Below, piece after piece: positions 17,661 through 26,802 of a stretch of 37,405 bases of DNA. The notes beneath the pieces were generated by a model. The model was not told the DNA's origin. It did not search any database and saw only the letters and a program-made list of their open reading frames with translations. The first letter of the stretch is position 1. The number at the start of each line of letters is the position of its first letter. The DNA is from Desulfobacterales bacterium (GTDB taxonomy: Bacteria; Desulfobacterota; Desulfobacteria; Desulfobacterales; UBA11574): assembly GCA_050117895.1 (NCBI GenBank), contig JASFLX010000003.1, positions 1 to 37,405 on the forward strand, in the 5' to 3' direction. Made by a program: the position numbers and the translations under genes.

Positions 17661-18788
17661 TCAGGTACTGCTTCCGTTGTAACCGAAGTCTTCCAATAAT
17701 TGTTGAAACTCATATTTTACGCGCTGATACATTCGAGAGTTTTCTATGGCAAATGCGCATTGTTGCGCAACGGCATTTGCAAACCGAATTTCTTCTTCAC
17801 CGAAAGACCGGTCTCCTCCAGTGAAAATGGTTAACTCTCCGATGATTTTCTTTCGTACAACAAGAGGAATGGTAAGGATTTTACGAATATTTTCCTTAAT
17901 AATTTCTGACCGATATTCAATCCTGGGGTCTGTCTTCACGTCATCGATGACGATAATTTTTTCGATCATTTTCTGATCCGCACCTCGTTTTTCCTTTATG
18001 GGTCCTATCTTTAAGAACTCTTTGCTCAGACCGTAAGAAGCGGCCAGTTGCAATTGCTGTGTCTTGGCATCTAATAGGCGTATCTGTGTGCCCCGTGCTC
18101 CCAGTACGCCTGTGATTTTGTTTACTGCAAGTTGCAAAACTTTTTTTATGTTCAGTGTGGAGTTGATGGCGCTACTGATTTCTTGAAAACTGAGAAGGAA
18201 TTGTCGTTCTCGCTCCAACAAATGATACATACTGCGTCTCAAAATAAAGGATACCACGGCACGGCTGGTGATGGCTCTGGCAAATTTTACATCCGTTCGG
18301 GTGAGCTCCCCGACTTTATCATCAAACAAAGCAACCACCGAAATATTCTCCTGATACACTTCAATGGGAAACAATAAAACGGAACCGATGCCTTCCGCAG
18401 TCATGGCTTTATAGTCGGGGTTTTTTTCCATCTTCCGGATGTCCCTGATGACAAAGGTATCATCCGGAATTCGTGAAAATATACTCTCTGGCGAATCACT
18501 TAATTCAGAATAAATGAAATCTTCGCTTAAGCCGAAACTGGAAACCAATTCCAGTTGTTTATCTTGGGAAAACGTCACTCTGATACTGCTGCGACCGAAA
18601 TCGAGCGCTTTTGATTGTCGTTCCACATGTTCTCCCTCAGGAGATTTTATTTTAATGAAACAGCCCTTAATATTAAGCGTTTCCGTTACAAATCGTGTAA
18701 CGAGATTTAATACTTTTCGCTCATCCGCCCCCTCACATATGGCACGGTTGGCTTCTGCAAATGGTGATAAGTAGTCTGGAGAGCTCAT
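17661..18788 (-). CDS. Tandem GAF-domain protein without recognisable output domain
   Basis: Two repeats of LxxSxGLS..F...I.D....E.I...L..P; ends AFAIENSRMY; 32 bp before the hdrC start. Confidence 0.8.
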   Translation of the reverse strand: MSSPDYLSPFAEANRAICEGADERKVLNLVTRFVTETLNIKGCFIKIKSPEGEHVERQSKALDFGRSSIRVTFSQDKQLELVSSFGLSEDFIYSELSDSPESIFSRIPDDTFVIRDIRKMEKNPDYKAMTAEGIGSVLLFPIEVYQENISVVALFDDKVGELTRTDVKFARAITSRAVVSFILRRSMYHLLERERQFLLSFQEISSAINSTLNIKKVLQLAVNKITGVLGARGTQIRLLDAKTQQLQLAASYGLSKEFLKIGPIKEKRGADQKMIEKIIVIDDVKTDPRIEYRSEIIKENIRKILTIPLVVRKKIIGELTIFTGGDRSFGEEEIRFANAVAQQCAFAIENSRMYQRVKYEFQQLLEDFGYNGSST

Positions 18789-19030
18789 ATTTTATAACTC
18801 CTTTCCAGCTAAATATTTTCATTCAGCATCTCCTCAGATACCGATGATAATTTTTCTTTAAACTTTAAACCAAATAGTTCCGATGAACAACAGTTTTTGA
18901 AAAAATCATTAAAAATTATCTTGAATTACGCAAAGGCATTGCAAGTCTTACCGGTTAGCTGATAGAAACATATATTCCGAAATTCTCATGAAAATTTTTT
19001 CAGATTTTCATTAATTTTTGGAGGCCGTCC

Positions 19031-20341
19031 ATGTCGAGCATAAAAGAGTTAACAAGACTTATGCAGGAGCTTGACGATCAGCTTAGGGTTTGCATGCGGT
19101 GCGGCATGTGCCAAGCGGTGTGCCCCTTGTTTTTGGAAACCGGTCTTGAATCAGATGTCGCCCGCGGAAAACTGGCGCTTTTAGACGGGCTTGTGCAGCA
19201 ACTGTTTAAAGACCCTAAGGGTGTTAACGATCGTCTGAACAAGTGCCTTCTGTGCGGATCATGCGCCGCAAACTGCCCCAGCGGCGTGAATGTTTTAGAA
19301 GTTTTCATAAAGGCGCGTGCCATACTCACCGGCTTCATGGGTCTTTCTCCGGCAAAAAAGGTGATTTTGAGGGGGGTGCTGTCCCACCCCGTAATCTTTG
19401 ACAGCATGGTTGCCTGGGGTTCTAAATTTCAGAAAATTTTTACGCGACCGGCAAGCGAGAATATTGGCACGTCCTGCGCTCGGCTGGTTTCACCATTGCT
19501 TAGAAACCGTCATTTCAAACGACTTGCTCCGGTACCGTTTCATCGCATGATTCCATATTTAAATACAGAACGGGGTCGTTCCGGCATCAAAGTCGCCCTT
19601 TATGTGGGGTGCCTTATTGATAAAATCTTTCCTGACATCGCCCGAGATGTTATCGATGTTTTAAATTATCACGGCGTGGGAATTTTTATGCCTGAAGGAC
19701 AGGGCTGCTGCGGAATACCGGCAATCTCTTCAGGCGACACCCAGACGTTTAACCGTCTTGTGCGCCATAACCTTGAAATATTTGGTGCCGAAAAATTTGA
19801 TTTTCTGGTTACCTCGTGTGCCACCTGCACATCGACAATTAAGAAAATTTGGCCGATGATGGCGGATAAAGATTCCGGATATGTTAAGAGCAGAATCCAT
19901 ATAATTGCTCAAAAAACAATGGATATCAATCAGTTTTTGGTATCAAAGGTTGGGCTGAAAAATGTCAAATTCAATGATCGCATTGATCCCGTTACCGCAA
20001 CCTATCATGACCCATGCCACCTTAAAAAAACGTTAGGCGTATTTGCCGAACCCAGATCTCTCATCAAAGCCAACCCGGGATACCGGCTTAAAGAAATGCC
20101 TGAATCGGACCGGTGTTGCGGCCTTGGGGGAAATTTTAATTTACAGTACTATGAACTCTCGACGAATATCGGTCAATTAAAACTTGAAAACATCACGGCT
20201 TCCGGATGCCAAGTTGTCGCAACCGGATGCCCGGCCTGTATGCTTCAATTCTTTGATATGCTGTCAAAATCCGGTGACACTATACGTGTTAAACATCCCG
20301 TGGAAATCTACGCGGAGTTATTGAGAAAATATCCCGGTTAA
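19031..20341 (+). CDS. GlcF-like Fe-S/CCG protein (lactate/glycolate dehydrogenase Fe-S subunit family)
   Basis: CMRCGMCQAVCP, CLLCGSCAANCP, GCCG, YHDPCHL, RCCG, GCPAC. Confidence 0.85.
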   Translation: MSSIKELTRLMQELDDQLRVCMRCGMCQAVCPLFLETGLESDVARGKLALLDGLVQQLFKDPKGVNDRLNKCLLCGSCAANCPSGVNVLEVFIKARAILTGFMGLSPAKKVILRGVLSHPVIFDSMVAWGSKFQKIFTRPASENIGTSCARLVSPLLRNRHFKRLAPVPFHRMIPYLNTERGRSGIKVALYVGCLIDKIFPDIARDVIDVLNYHGVGIFMPEGQGCCGIPAISSGDTQTFNRLVRHNLEIFGAEKFDFLVTSCATCTSTIKKIWPMMADKDSGYVKSRIHIIAQKTMDINQFLVSKVGLKNVKFNDRIDPVTATYHDPCHLKKTLGVFAEPRSLIKANPGYRLKEMPESDRCCGLGGNFNLQYYELSTNIGQLKLENITASGCQVVATGCPACMLQFFDMLSKSGDTIRVKHPVEIYAELLRKYPG

Positions 20342-20357
20342 ATTTTATTGCTACTAA

Positions 20358-20562
20358 GGCAATTTCCTGATAATGTTGCGATTACCCGGAGGGGTCTACA
20401 ATGAAATCGGATTGCGAGCGGGAGCTGACACCGGCAACAAAACAAGCCGTAACGACGCAATAAACCGATCTCAATATACATAATATAAAGCCCATGATCC
20501 CATGAAAAGCCACAAGAAAATGATGGCGTTATTATCCCCTAAGGAAACAGTTAAATAAAGCC
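20358..20562. other. Intergenic segment with nested stems, possible structured RNA or decayed mobile element
   Basis: ATCGG/CCGAT, ATTGCG/CGCAAT and CGGC/GCCG nested stems in 20406-20469; ends GGC...GCC flanked by TAA on both sides. Confidence 0.3.
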
Positions 20563-20593
20563 TAAGATCTTTTAAAAAACAATGGGTTGAGCC

Positions 20594-21085
20594 ATGAAAA
20601 TCAAAATCATAGACAATCTGGAAGGAAAGATAGAGTCTCTGAGCGATTCAGAAGCGGAAAAAATCACCGCGTTGATCAGACAAAATACACAGGATGTCAA
20701 TCAAGGAGAGTATACTCCGGCTCAGTTAGAAAGATTAAACGCCTTTGCAACACCGGAGAAAATTCAGGAAGAGGTTAAGAGAGGCTTCCTGGTCACGCTT
20801 TCCAACGATGGGGGAGATCTGATCGGGTTTGTGATCGTCATACGAAAGGGATTGAAGCTTATCATAAAAACAATGCAGGTCAAAACAGACCACTGCAGAA
20901 AAGGCTACGGTTCAATTTTATATACGCACTGCGAAAATCGACTCAAACAAGCGGGTTTGCATGAAATAGAGGTCGAAGTTCCCAAATTTCCACGCTCGGA
21001 GGCTTTCTACAGGAAGCACGGATTCACAAAAACCGGAAATCCTACTCCCATGGATTTGTATTTCGCTATGTTCAAATACCTTTGA
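20594..21085 (+). CDS. GNAT-family acetyltransferase
   Basis: HCRKGYGS motif A, AFYRKHGF motif B. Confidence 0.85.
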   Translation: MKIKIIDNLEGKIESLSDSEAEKITALIRQNTQDVNQGEYTPAQLERLNAFATPEKIQEEVKRGFLVTLSNDGGDLIGFVIVIRKGLKLIIKTMQVKTDHCRKGYGSILYTHCENRLKQAGLHEIEVEVPKFPRSEAFYRKHGFTKTGNPTPMDLYFAMFKYL

Positions 21086-21342
21086 ACTGAAGTGTCTGTT
21101 TGTCAAACCCCTCGCACCGTTTCTTAACCTTTTGCTTATTTATATTTTAATCTTTCAATATCTTTCGACCCTAAAATAAATGTAACGTTTATTATTTGCC
21201 GGAATACATTTACTTGCCTGTCGAATTTATGTCACTTTTCATTTGCTTACCAAATCTGAGAGGTTCTTCTGCAACAGCCTCCTTTGTTCTATTTAACTGA
21301 TATAAAAGGCATATTAATATCTTTTTCTTTTTTTCAGGGCTT

Positions 21343-21358
21343 TGGAACAGTTATTGCT
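21343..21358 (+). promoter_or_regulatory. Sigma54 -24/-12 promoter
   Basis: TGGAAC-N5-TTGCT; possible enhancer TGTCGAATTTATGTCA at 21219-21234. Confidence 0.6.
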
Positions 21359-21649
21359 TACTGTATAGCTGAAGAAATCTAAACAAACAACTCTTCATTA
21401 TTTATTATTATAATTTTTATGAAGAAAAGTAGCATTAAGTTGGAAGCATTATACCCATCAATTCCTTAGACACCCATTGATGCCGTAGGTATTAAAAGAA
21501 TGATTTAACTTGTCCTTTTATTTGGAGCACTGATCTTTAAATTCATATTCCCAGCGCCGAAAACGATGGAAATCTGAATTCGTAGGTCTTTGATATGAAT
21601 TAGAATTAATAGACAATCGGCGGAATAAAGGAAACAAAGGACACCTCAC

Positions 21650-21847
21650 ATGATACCGATTAAAATTGAGGACGCCAACATTGAAATTTTGGCAAGGATA
21701 GCTAAAGCAACATCTCATAAATTCAACTGTTCGATGAATATCGACTTTAAAAATGGAAACCGGAGAGTAGAATTCATTGGTGATGAGTTTTACAAACCTT
21801 TAATTGCGGAAGAAGTGTTAGATATTTTCGCAAAGAATGAAAAATGA
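21650..21847 (+). CDS. Small hypothetical protein (65 aa)
   Basis: AAGGA RBS, globular-looking sequence, no overlap with other genes. Confidence 0.6.
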   Translation: MIPIKIEDANIEILARIAKATSHKFNCSMNIDFKNGNRRVEFIGDEFYKPLIAEEVLDIFAKNEK

Positions 21848-22014
21848 TTCAGAGAACGCTTTATTTCTTAAAGTAAATTCAAGCCGCTTCTTTGATAATA
21901 AAGAATTTTTGCAACCACTTTGAACCTTTAAACAAAGTTTAACCTCTAAATTTTCCTTTTCTTTCTGAAGTCAATGCATCCGAACCTCTTTCCAAAATTT
22001 TTTCAAAAAATATA

Positions 22015-22040
22015 ATAATGTGAAATGCTTTTCACATTAT
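22015..22040. promoter_or_regulatory. Perfect 11-bp inverted repeat, putative operator
   Basis: ATAATGTGAAA-TGCT-TTTCACATTAT. Confidence 0.45.
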
Positions 22041-22281
22041 GTAGAACACAAAATTCATAACCTTTGGTCCGGACTCTTGCTGTTGTCTATCTATCAGCCT
22101 GTAATTACTACAATTAATCATGTTGTTTCGTCTTTGCATGGTTTTTGCATAATAAAGAATAATTCCATCTGGACACGGTGTCCAGATGAATCGATACAAT
22201 TCAAGTTTTCGTGGAAAACCTTTGTCATCTACGATCCACAATTTATCGGCGGTGATGCAGATGAAATTCAGGAGTTAATTA

Positions 22282-23925
22282 ATGTACCTTGCTCACTACA
22301 ATTTAAAAGAAAAACCTTTTAAGATAAGTACGGATCCAAAATTTATATGGCTAGGAGAAAATCACCGGGAGGGCATTTCCGTTTTGGAATATGGTGTGCT
22401 TGACAATAAAGGCTTCCTCCTTATCACGGGCGATGTCGGTACAGGCAAAACCACTCTTATCAATGAGTTATTAGAGCGTCTTGGAAACGATATTATTGTG
22501 GCTAATATTACCAATCCCGTTTTGGAACAAATCGATTTTTTTAACATTATTGCACATGAATTTAAAAGCGATATAACCTTTGACAGCAAAGGGGCTTTTT
22601 TGACTTATTTCCATCGCTATTTGAACGATTGTTACTCAAAAAACAAAAAAGTAATCCTTATAATTGATGAGGCACATAGACTGGATCAAGAGCTTCTCGA
22701 ACAGATACGACTCCTATCAAATATAGAAAGGCCGGATACAAAACTTCTAAATATATTCTTTGTCGGTCAGAATGAATTTATTGATATTATTTCAAACACA
22801 GAGAATCGGGCTTTAAAGCAGAGAATTAGTATCAACTACCACCTTGATCCTTTGAATGAAACGGAAGTCGGGCAATATATTCTCCATCGTCTCAATGTCG
22901 CAGGTCTTAAAAACAACATTTTTAATGAACGTGCAATTGGTGAAATTTTCTATTTTTCCAAGGGATATCCGCGCTTGATAAACATTATTTGCGATCATGC
23001 ATTATTGACCGGTTTTACTAAAGAAGTAAAAACAATAAACGAAAAGATTATAAGAGAATGTGCGAAGGAACTCCTCTTACCCATTGAAAGGAATGATCAT
23101 TATCATAACAAGCCGGAAATCACGGAAAAAACGCTGCCAGAGTTTGTAATTGAGCCCAAAAGAAAAGTTTCGGGAAGAAAATTAAAATATATTTCGACTT
23201 CAGTGATATCATTAATCATTCTCGGCTTTCTTTTTTACCCGGGCAACCTGGGTGGCCACATCGGCAATATCAAGAAATATTTCAAACCTGAACTCAGCGA
23301 ACAGGCAAGATTAACATCCATAAATATACCGAAAATTGCGATTGCAAAACAAAACATAAATCCCTCTGTTCAAGATTCGGGAAACTCTTCCAATACACCT
23401 CTTCCATCAACAGGCCTTACGTCCAAAAATGATCATGCCTATACTCAAGCGGAAAAAGATATTACAGCACCACAACAATCAGACAAAATTCCTAAACTAA
23501 GCTCTATTCAAGACCTTAACCAGGAAGAACGAGCGAATAAAACGGGTAAGCCCAAAAAAATTATGACACCAGGATTCATTCCCGATCAAAAAAAAATTAT
23601 CAATTTCGGATACAATTCAAATGATCTTTCAGAAGAAGCTCTTGAAATATTAAAACAAACCAGACAATTCATTATTCAACATCCCAATACAGAGGTTATT
23701 GTCGAAGGGTATACCGACGCTTATGGAAATGATCGCTATAACAAGAAGCTTTCAAACTCCAGGGCGAATATTGTGAAAAGCTATTTTGTGGGCCGGGGAA
23801 TTAGCCCGTCAAGATTCAAAACCTTTGGAATGGGTCAAAAAAATCCAATTGGATCAAACAATACCAAAGAAGGAAGGATGCGGAATCGTAGGGTTGAGAT
23901 CCAGTTCAATACTATTAAACCATAA
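22282..23925 (+). CDS. ExeA/GspA-family AAA ATPase with TM helix and C-terminal OmpA peptidoglycan-binding domain
   Basis: Walker A GDVGTGKT, Walker B IIDEAH, GYPRLINIICD, TM VISLIILGFLF, EGYTD...LS..RA..V...NRRVEI. Confidence 0.9.
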   Translation: MYLAHYNLKEKPFKISTDPKFIWLGENHREGISVLEYGVLDNKGFLLITGDVGTGKTTLINELLERLGNDIIVANITNPVLEQIDFFNIIAHEFKSDITFDSKGAFLTYFHRYLNDCYSKNKKVILIIDEAHRLDQELLEQIRLLSNIERPDTKLLNIFFVGQNEFIDIISNTENRALKQRISINYHLDPLNETEVGQYILHRLNVAGLKNNIFNERAIGEIFYFSKGYPRLINIICDHALLTGFTKEVKTINEKIIRECAKELLLPIERNDHYHNKPEITEKTLPEFVIEPKRKVSGRKLKYISTSVISLIILGFLFYPGNLGGHIGNIKKYFKPELSEQARLTSINIPKIAIAKQNINPSVQDSGNSSNTPLPSTGLTSKNDHAYTQAEKDITAPQQSDKIPKLSSIQDLNQEERANKTGKPKKIMTPGFIPDQKKIINFGYNSNDLSEEALEILKQTRQFIIQHPNTEVIVEGYTDAYGNDRYNKKLSNSRANIVKSYFVGRGISPSRFKTFGMGQKNPIGSNNTKEGRMRNRRVEIQFNTIKP

Positions 23926-24078
23926 TGCCTGCCTAATTTTCCGATGCTGGAACAACTTTTTTTTTCGTGATGATTTGAAATTGTCTTGTTTTCAAACACA
24001 AAATAATTTATGGTAATTTTTCAATTTCCAGATTGATTGTAGAAAAAAATTCTACAACTTTCTTTTCTGCTGTAAAAT

Positions 24079-24166
24079 GCCGGAGTGGTGAAATTGGTAG
24101 ACGCACGGGACTCAAAATCCCGCGGGCTTTATGCCCATGAGAGTTCGATTCTCTCCTCCGGCACCA
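24079..24166 (+). tRNA. tRNA-Leu (CAA)
   Basis: Acceptor stem GCCGGAG/CTCCGGC-ACCA, anticodon loop CT-CAA-AA, long variable arm, GTTCGATT T-loop. Confidence 0.97.
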
Positions 24167-24201
24167 ACCCAAAAGCCAACGGTTACGGTTGATCATATCA
24201 A

Positions 24202-24232
24202 AGCCTCTTGGATTTAGCCAAGGGGCTCTTTT
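24202..24232 (+). terminator. Intrinsic terminator after the tRNA
   Basis: AGCCTCTTGG-ATTTAG-CCAAGGGGCT followed by CTTTT. Confidence 0.7.
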
Positions 24233-24329
24233 GCGTCTAAATCGACTATTTTTCCCAAGGAATATTTCGATGAAAACGTCCCATCGCCATATATTTTCTT
24301 CAAATTGATAATGATAAATAGGCTCTTTT

Positions 24330-24358
24330 TTGACAATTATCATGTCGTATGATATATA
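24330..24358 (+). promoter_or_regulatory. Sigma70 promoter upstream of the long USP leader
   Basis: TTGACA-N17-TATATA with TG extended -10. Confidence 0.55.
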
Positions 24359-24595
24359 AAATATTGTGATGTGAATCGACTCCTCTTACTCATTCATTAC
24401 TGCCTATTGCTCCTGTTGTTCATTCATTTAGTGATTTGAGCAACAGGCTGTTAATTTACGGCTCCTTTCTATCTGCGATCTTGTTGCGACTCTAATTTTC
24501 TGCAATTTAATTAAATTATCTTTTGTGCCTAAATATCATCCCTGGAATTTCAACCTGAAACACTTCAATACAAAATTGGGAGAAAGGAGGGTAAA

Positions 24596-25060
24596 ATGGA
24601 CAAGCAAAAAGTTTTGGTCCCTTACAATTTTACCAATTATGACGAAAAGGCATTAGATTTCGTCACCCGCAGGTTTGCAGATGACAAAGGGGTTGAGGTG
24701 ACATTGTTTAATGCATATACCCCTGTGCCAAAGATCGAATTGCGCAACAGTCTGATCATGGAGAAAATATCGAGCAACCTGGCTTATCTGCAACAAAAGA
24801 TTCATGAGCATGAGACCGGGATTAAACAGGCCAGAGAAAAACTGATTCAAAATGGTTTCTCAAGCCATCGGGTCCGTTATATTTTCAGGGCGCTTAACAA
24901 AGACGTTGCTCAGGATATCATTGATCTTGTTATAGACAGAGGATTTGATATGGTTATTTTAAATCGTAACCCTGGCAAGATCACCCGGTTTTTTACCGGA
25001 AGCGTCTCCAACAAAGTCATGAAAAGCCTGAAACAGATCGATGTTTATGTGGTAACATGA
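24596..25060 (+). CDS. Universal stress protein (UspA family)
   Basis: KVLVPYNF, VTLFNA, DMVIL, FTGSVSNKV. Confidence 0.8.
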   Translation: MDKQKVLVPYNFTNYDEKALDFVTRRFADDKGVEVTLFNAYTPVPKIELRNSLIMEKISSNLAYLQQKIHEHETGIKQAREKLIQNGFSSHRVRYIFRALNKDVAQDIIDLVIDRGFDMVILNRNPGKITRFFTGSVSNKVMKSLKQIDVYVVT

Positions 25061-25133
25061 CAGGGTTAGTGAGGATAACAAACAGAAATATATTACGAAA
25101 ACGTATGAATAGTATTAGATGAGGAGGAATCCC

Positions 25134-25685
25134 ATGGCTGTTCAAAGCAAAATAGATTTAGACATATTTCAACTGGTTTTCGAGGTTATTACAAAATCTG
25201 AAAATGCGGACACAATGGCCAATCAATTAACTCAGGTTTTGGTAGGTGCTCTTGGAATCAAGGGCGCTACCATATTCGTATTGAATCCGGAATTAGAGGA
25301 ACTTGAAATACTTGCCAGTTCCGGGCTGAGCATAAATTATGTTAACAAAGGACCGGTTCTGGTGGATAAAAGCATCAAGCTCTCGTCAAACCGGGAACCT
25401 GTTATTATTAGCGATGTTACAACTAGTGACCGCCTGCAATATCCCGAGAAGGCCAAAGAAGAGGAGATAAGGGCGATCGTCTCTCTCCCCATTACCTTGC
25501 ATGGGAAAATAGTCGGTGCATTGCGCCTTTATAGTTCACAGGTTTGGGATATTTCGGAACGGGACATCGAATATCTGCAAGTCGTTGCCCAAAATATCGG
25601 TGTCGCCCTGATGTATTTCCGACTTGCGAACGTGGTTCTGTCCGTGAAAGAAACCGTTAATGAAGTCCACTCGGTCTGGCTTTAG
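25134..25685 (+). CDS. Stand-alone GAF-domain protein
   Basis: LASSGLS.NY.NKGPV, RLQYPEKAKEEEIRAIVSLPI, GALRLY; GAGGAGG RBS before ATG 25134. Confidence 0.85.
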   Translation: MAVQSKIDLDIFQLVFEVITKSENADTMANQLTQVLVGALGIKGATIFVLNPELEELEILASSGLSINYVNKGPVLVDKSIKLSSNREPVIISDVTTSDRLQYPEKAKEEEIRAIVSLPITLHGKIVGALRLYSSQVWDISERDIEYLQVVAQNIGVALMYFRLANVVLSVKETVNEVHSVWL

Positions 25686-25743
25686 ATATGAAATAAAGAC
25701 TTTCTGTGCGTTAAGCGGTTCGCCATATGCCCTATTTATTTGA

Positions 25744-26014
25744 GGGTCGGGGAGTTTCTCTTTTAGATCCCCAAATTAAGCGGAATGAATGATCAGCAAC
25801 GAAATCGTACACTGTTTGAATGCATAAGGGATCGTTGCGAAAAAACAGCGCTTTTATGAATTCGTAATGAAAGGGTAAAAAATGTTATCTTACCGGATCT
25901 ATTTATTTAAATATTGATACACTGTTTTTTTGTTACGAGCCCTTATGCATGAGTTTGTACGGTGGTGTTGCGGATTATTCATGGAGCGGTTAAATAAAAA
26001 AAACTCCCCGACCC
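25744..26014 (+). ncRNA. Candidate ~270-nt rod-like structured RNA or foldback element
   Basis: Six colinear complementary blocks between 25744-25848 and 25922-26014, including perfect 14-bp and 11-bp helices; most wobble pairs are G-U on the + strand. Confidence 0.5.
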
Positions 26015-26019
26015 CCCAC

Positions 26020-26802
26020 TTACTTAAAAACAATCAGATCATTGTCTGCATCCATCCATACGGGAAACGTTTCCCTGGCGTTTTTCAGCGTCTCGTAGGA
26101 CAGGTCGGCCGTATAGGTGACTGCCTTATTCTGTGTTTGGAATATAATATGACCAAATGGATCGATGATTGAAGAATCTCCGCTGTAACGGTGGCCGTTT
26201 CCGTCGGTGCCCACGCGATTGACTCCTATAACATAACACTGGTTTTCAACGGCACGAGCCTGAAGCAGCAACTTCCAATGTTCTGATCGCCTTTCAGGCC
26301 AGTTGGCGATAAAGATGGCCGCATCATACTGGTTTTCGATATTTCGCGTCCAGACCGGAAAACGAAGATCATAGCAGATAAAAGGTCTGATCTTCCAGCC
26401 GTGCAGTTCAACCGTAATATTATGACGGCCGGCATGATATACTTTTTCTTCACCGGCCATACGAAAGAGATGTCTCTTATCGTAGGTGAAGATCTCGCCC
26501 CGGGGATTTGTCCATATCAATCGATTATAAAAGTTGCCGTTCTCCCTTACGATAATACTTCCTGTTATATCGGCATTTTTTTGCCGTGATTTTTCTATCA
26601 TCCATTTTACCGAAGAGCCCTGCATGTTTTGAGCCAAACCGGCGGGATTCATGCTAAAGCCGGTTGTAAACATTTCCGGCAGTACAATAAGATGTGTATC
26701 ATCCATGACAGCATCAATCTTTTCATCAAAACCCGCCAGGTTAGATTCAATATCCTCCCAGACCAGTTCGGTCTGGATAATCGTTGTTTTTAAATCCTGC
26801 AT
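26020..26802 (-). CDS. yafV: Omega-amidase (nitrilase/CN-hydrolase family)
   Basis: LPEMFTTGF, YDKRHLF, ICYDLRFP (E-K-C triad), ARAVEN; overlaps the ybdL stop. Confidence 0.88.
   Translation of the reverse strand: MQDLKTTIIQTELVWEDIESNLAGFDEKIDAVMDDTHLIVLPEMFTTGFSMNPAGLAQNMQGSSVKWMIEKSRQKNADITGSIIVRENGNFYNRLIWTNPRGEIFTYDKRHLFRMAGEEKVYHAGRHNITVELHGWKIRPFICYDLRFPVWTRNIENQYDAAIFIANWPERRSEHWKLLLQARAVENQCYVIGVNRVGTDGNGHRYSGDSSIIDPFGHIIFQTQNKAVTYTADLSYETLKNARETFPVWMDADNDLIVFK

Noticed and set aside
20337-20556. Integron attC sites suggested by two GTTAAAT motifs
   Set aside because: No matching RYYYAAC inverse core, no cassette array and no integrase
22020-22322. Overlapping 100-aa (+) and 69-aa (-) ORFs
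   Set aside because: No recognisable motifs or clear RBS; the + ORF overlaps the ExeA start
24150-24166. tRNA 3' end as an integration site
   Set aside because: No convincing duplicate of the 3' end and no integrase seen in the window
24008-24343. 111-aa - strand ORF
   Set aside because: Antisense shadow of tRNA-Leu and its terminator
25930-26172. 80-aa + strand ORF across the foldback
   Set aside because: TTG start, no RBS, overlaps yafV antisense
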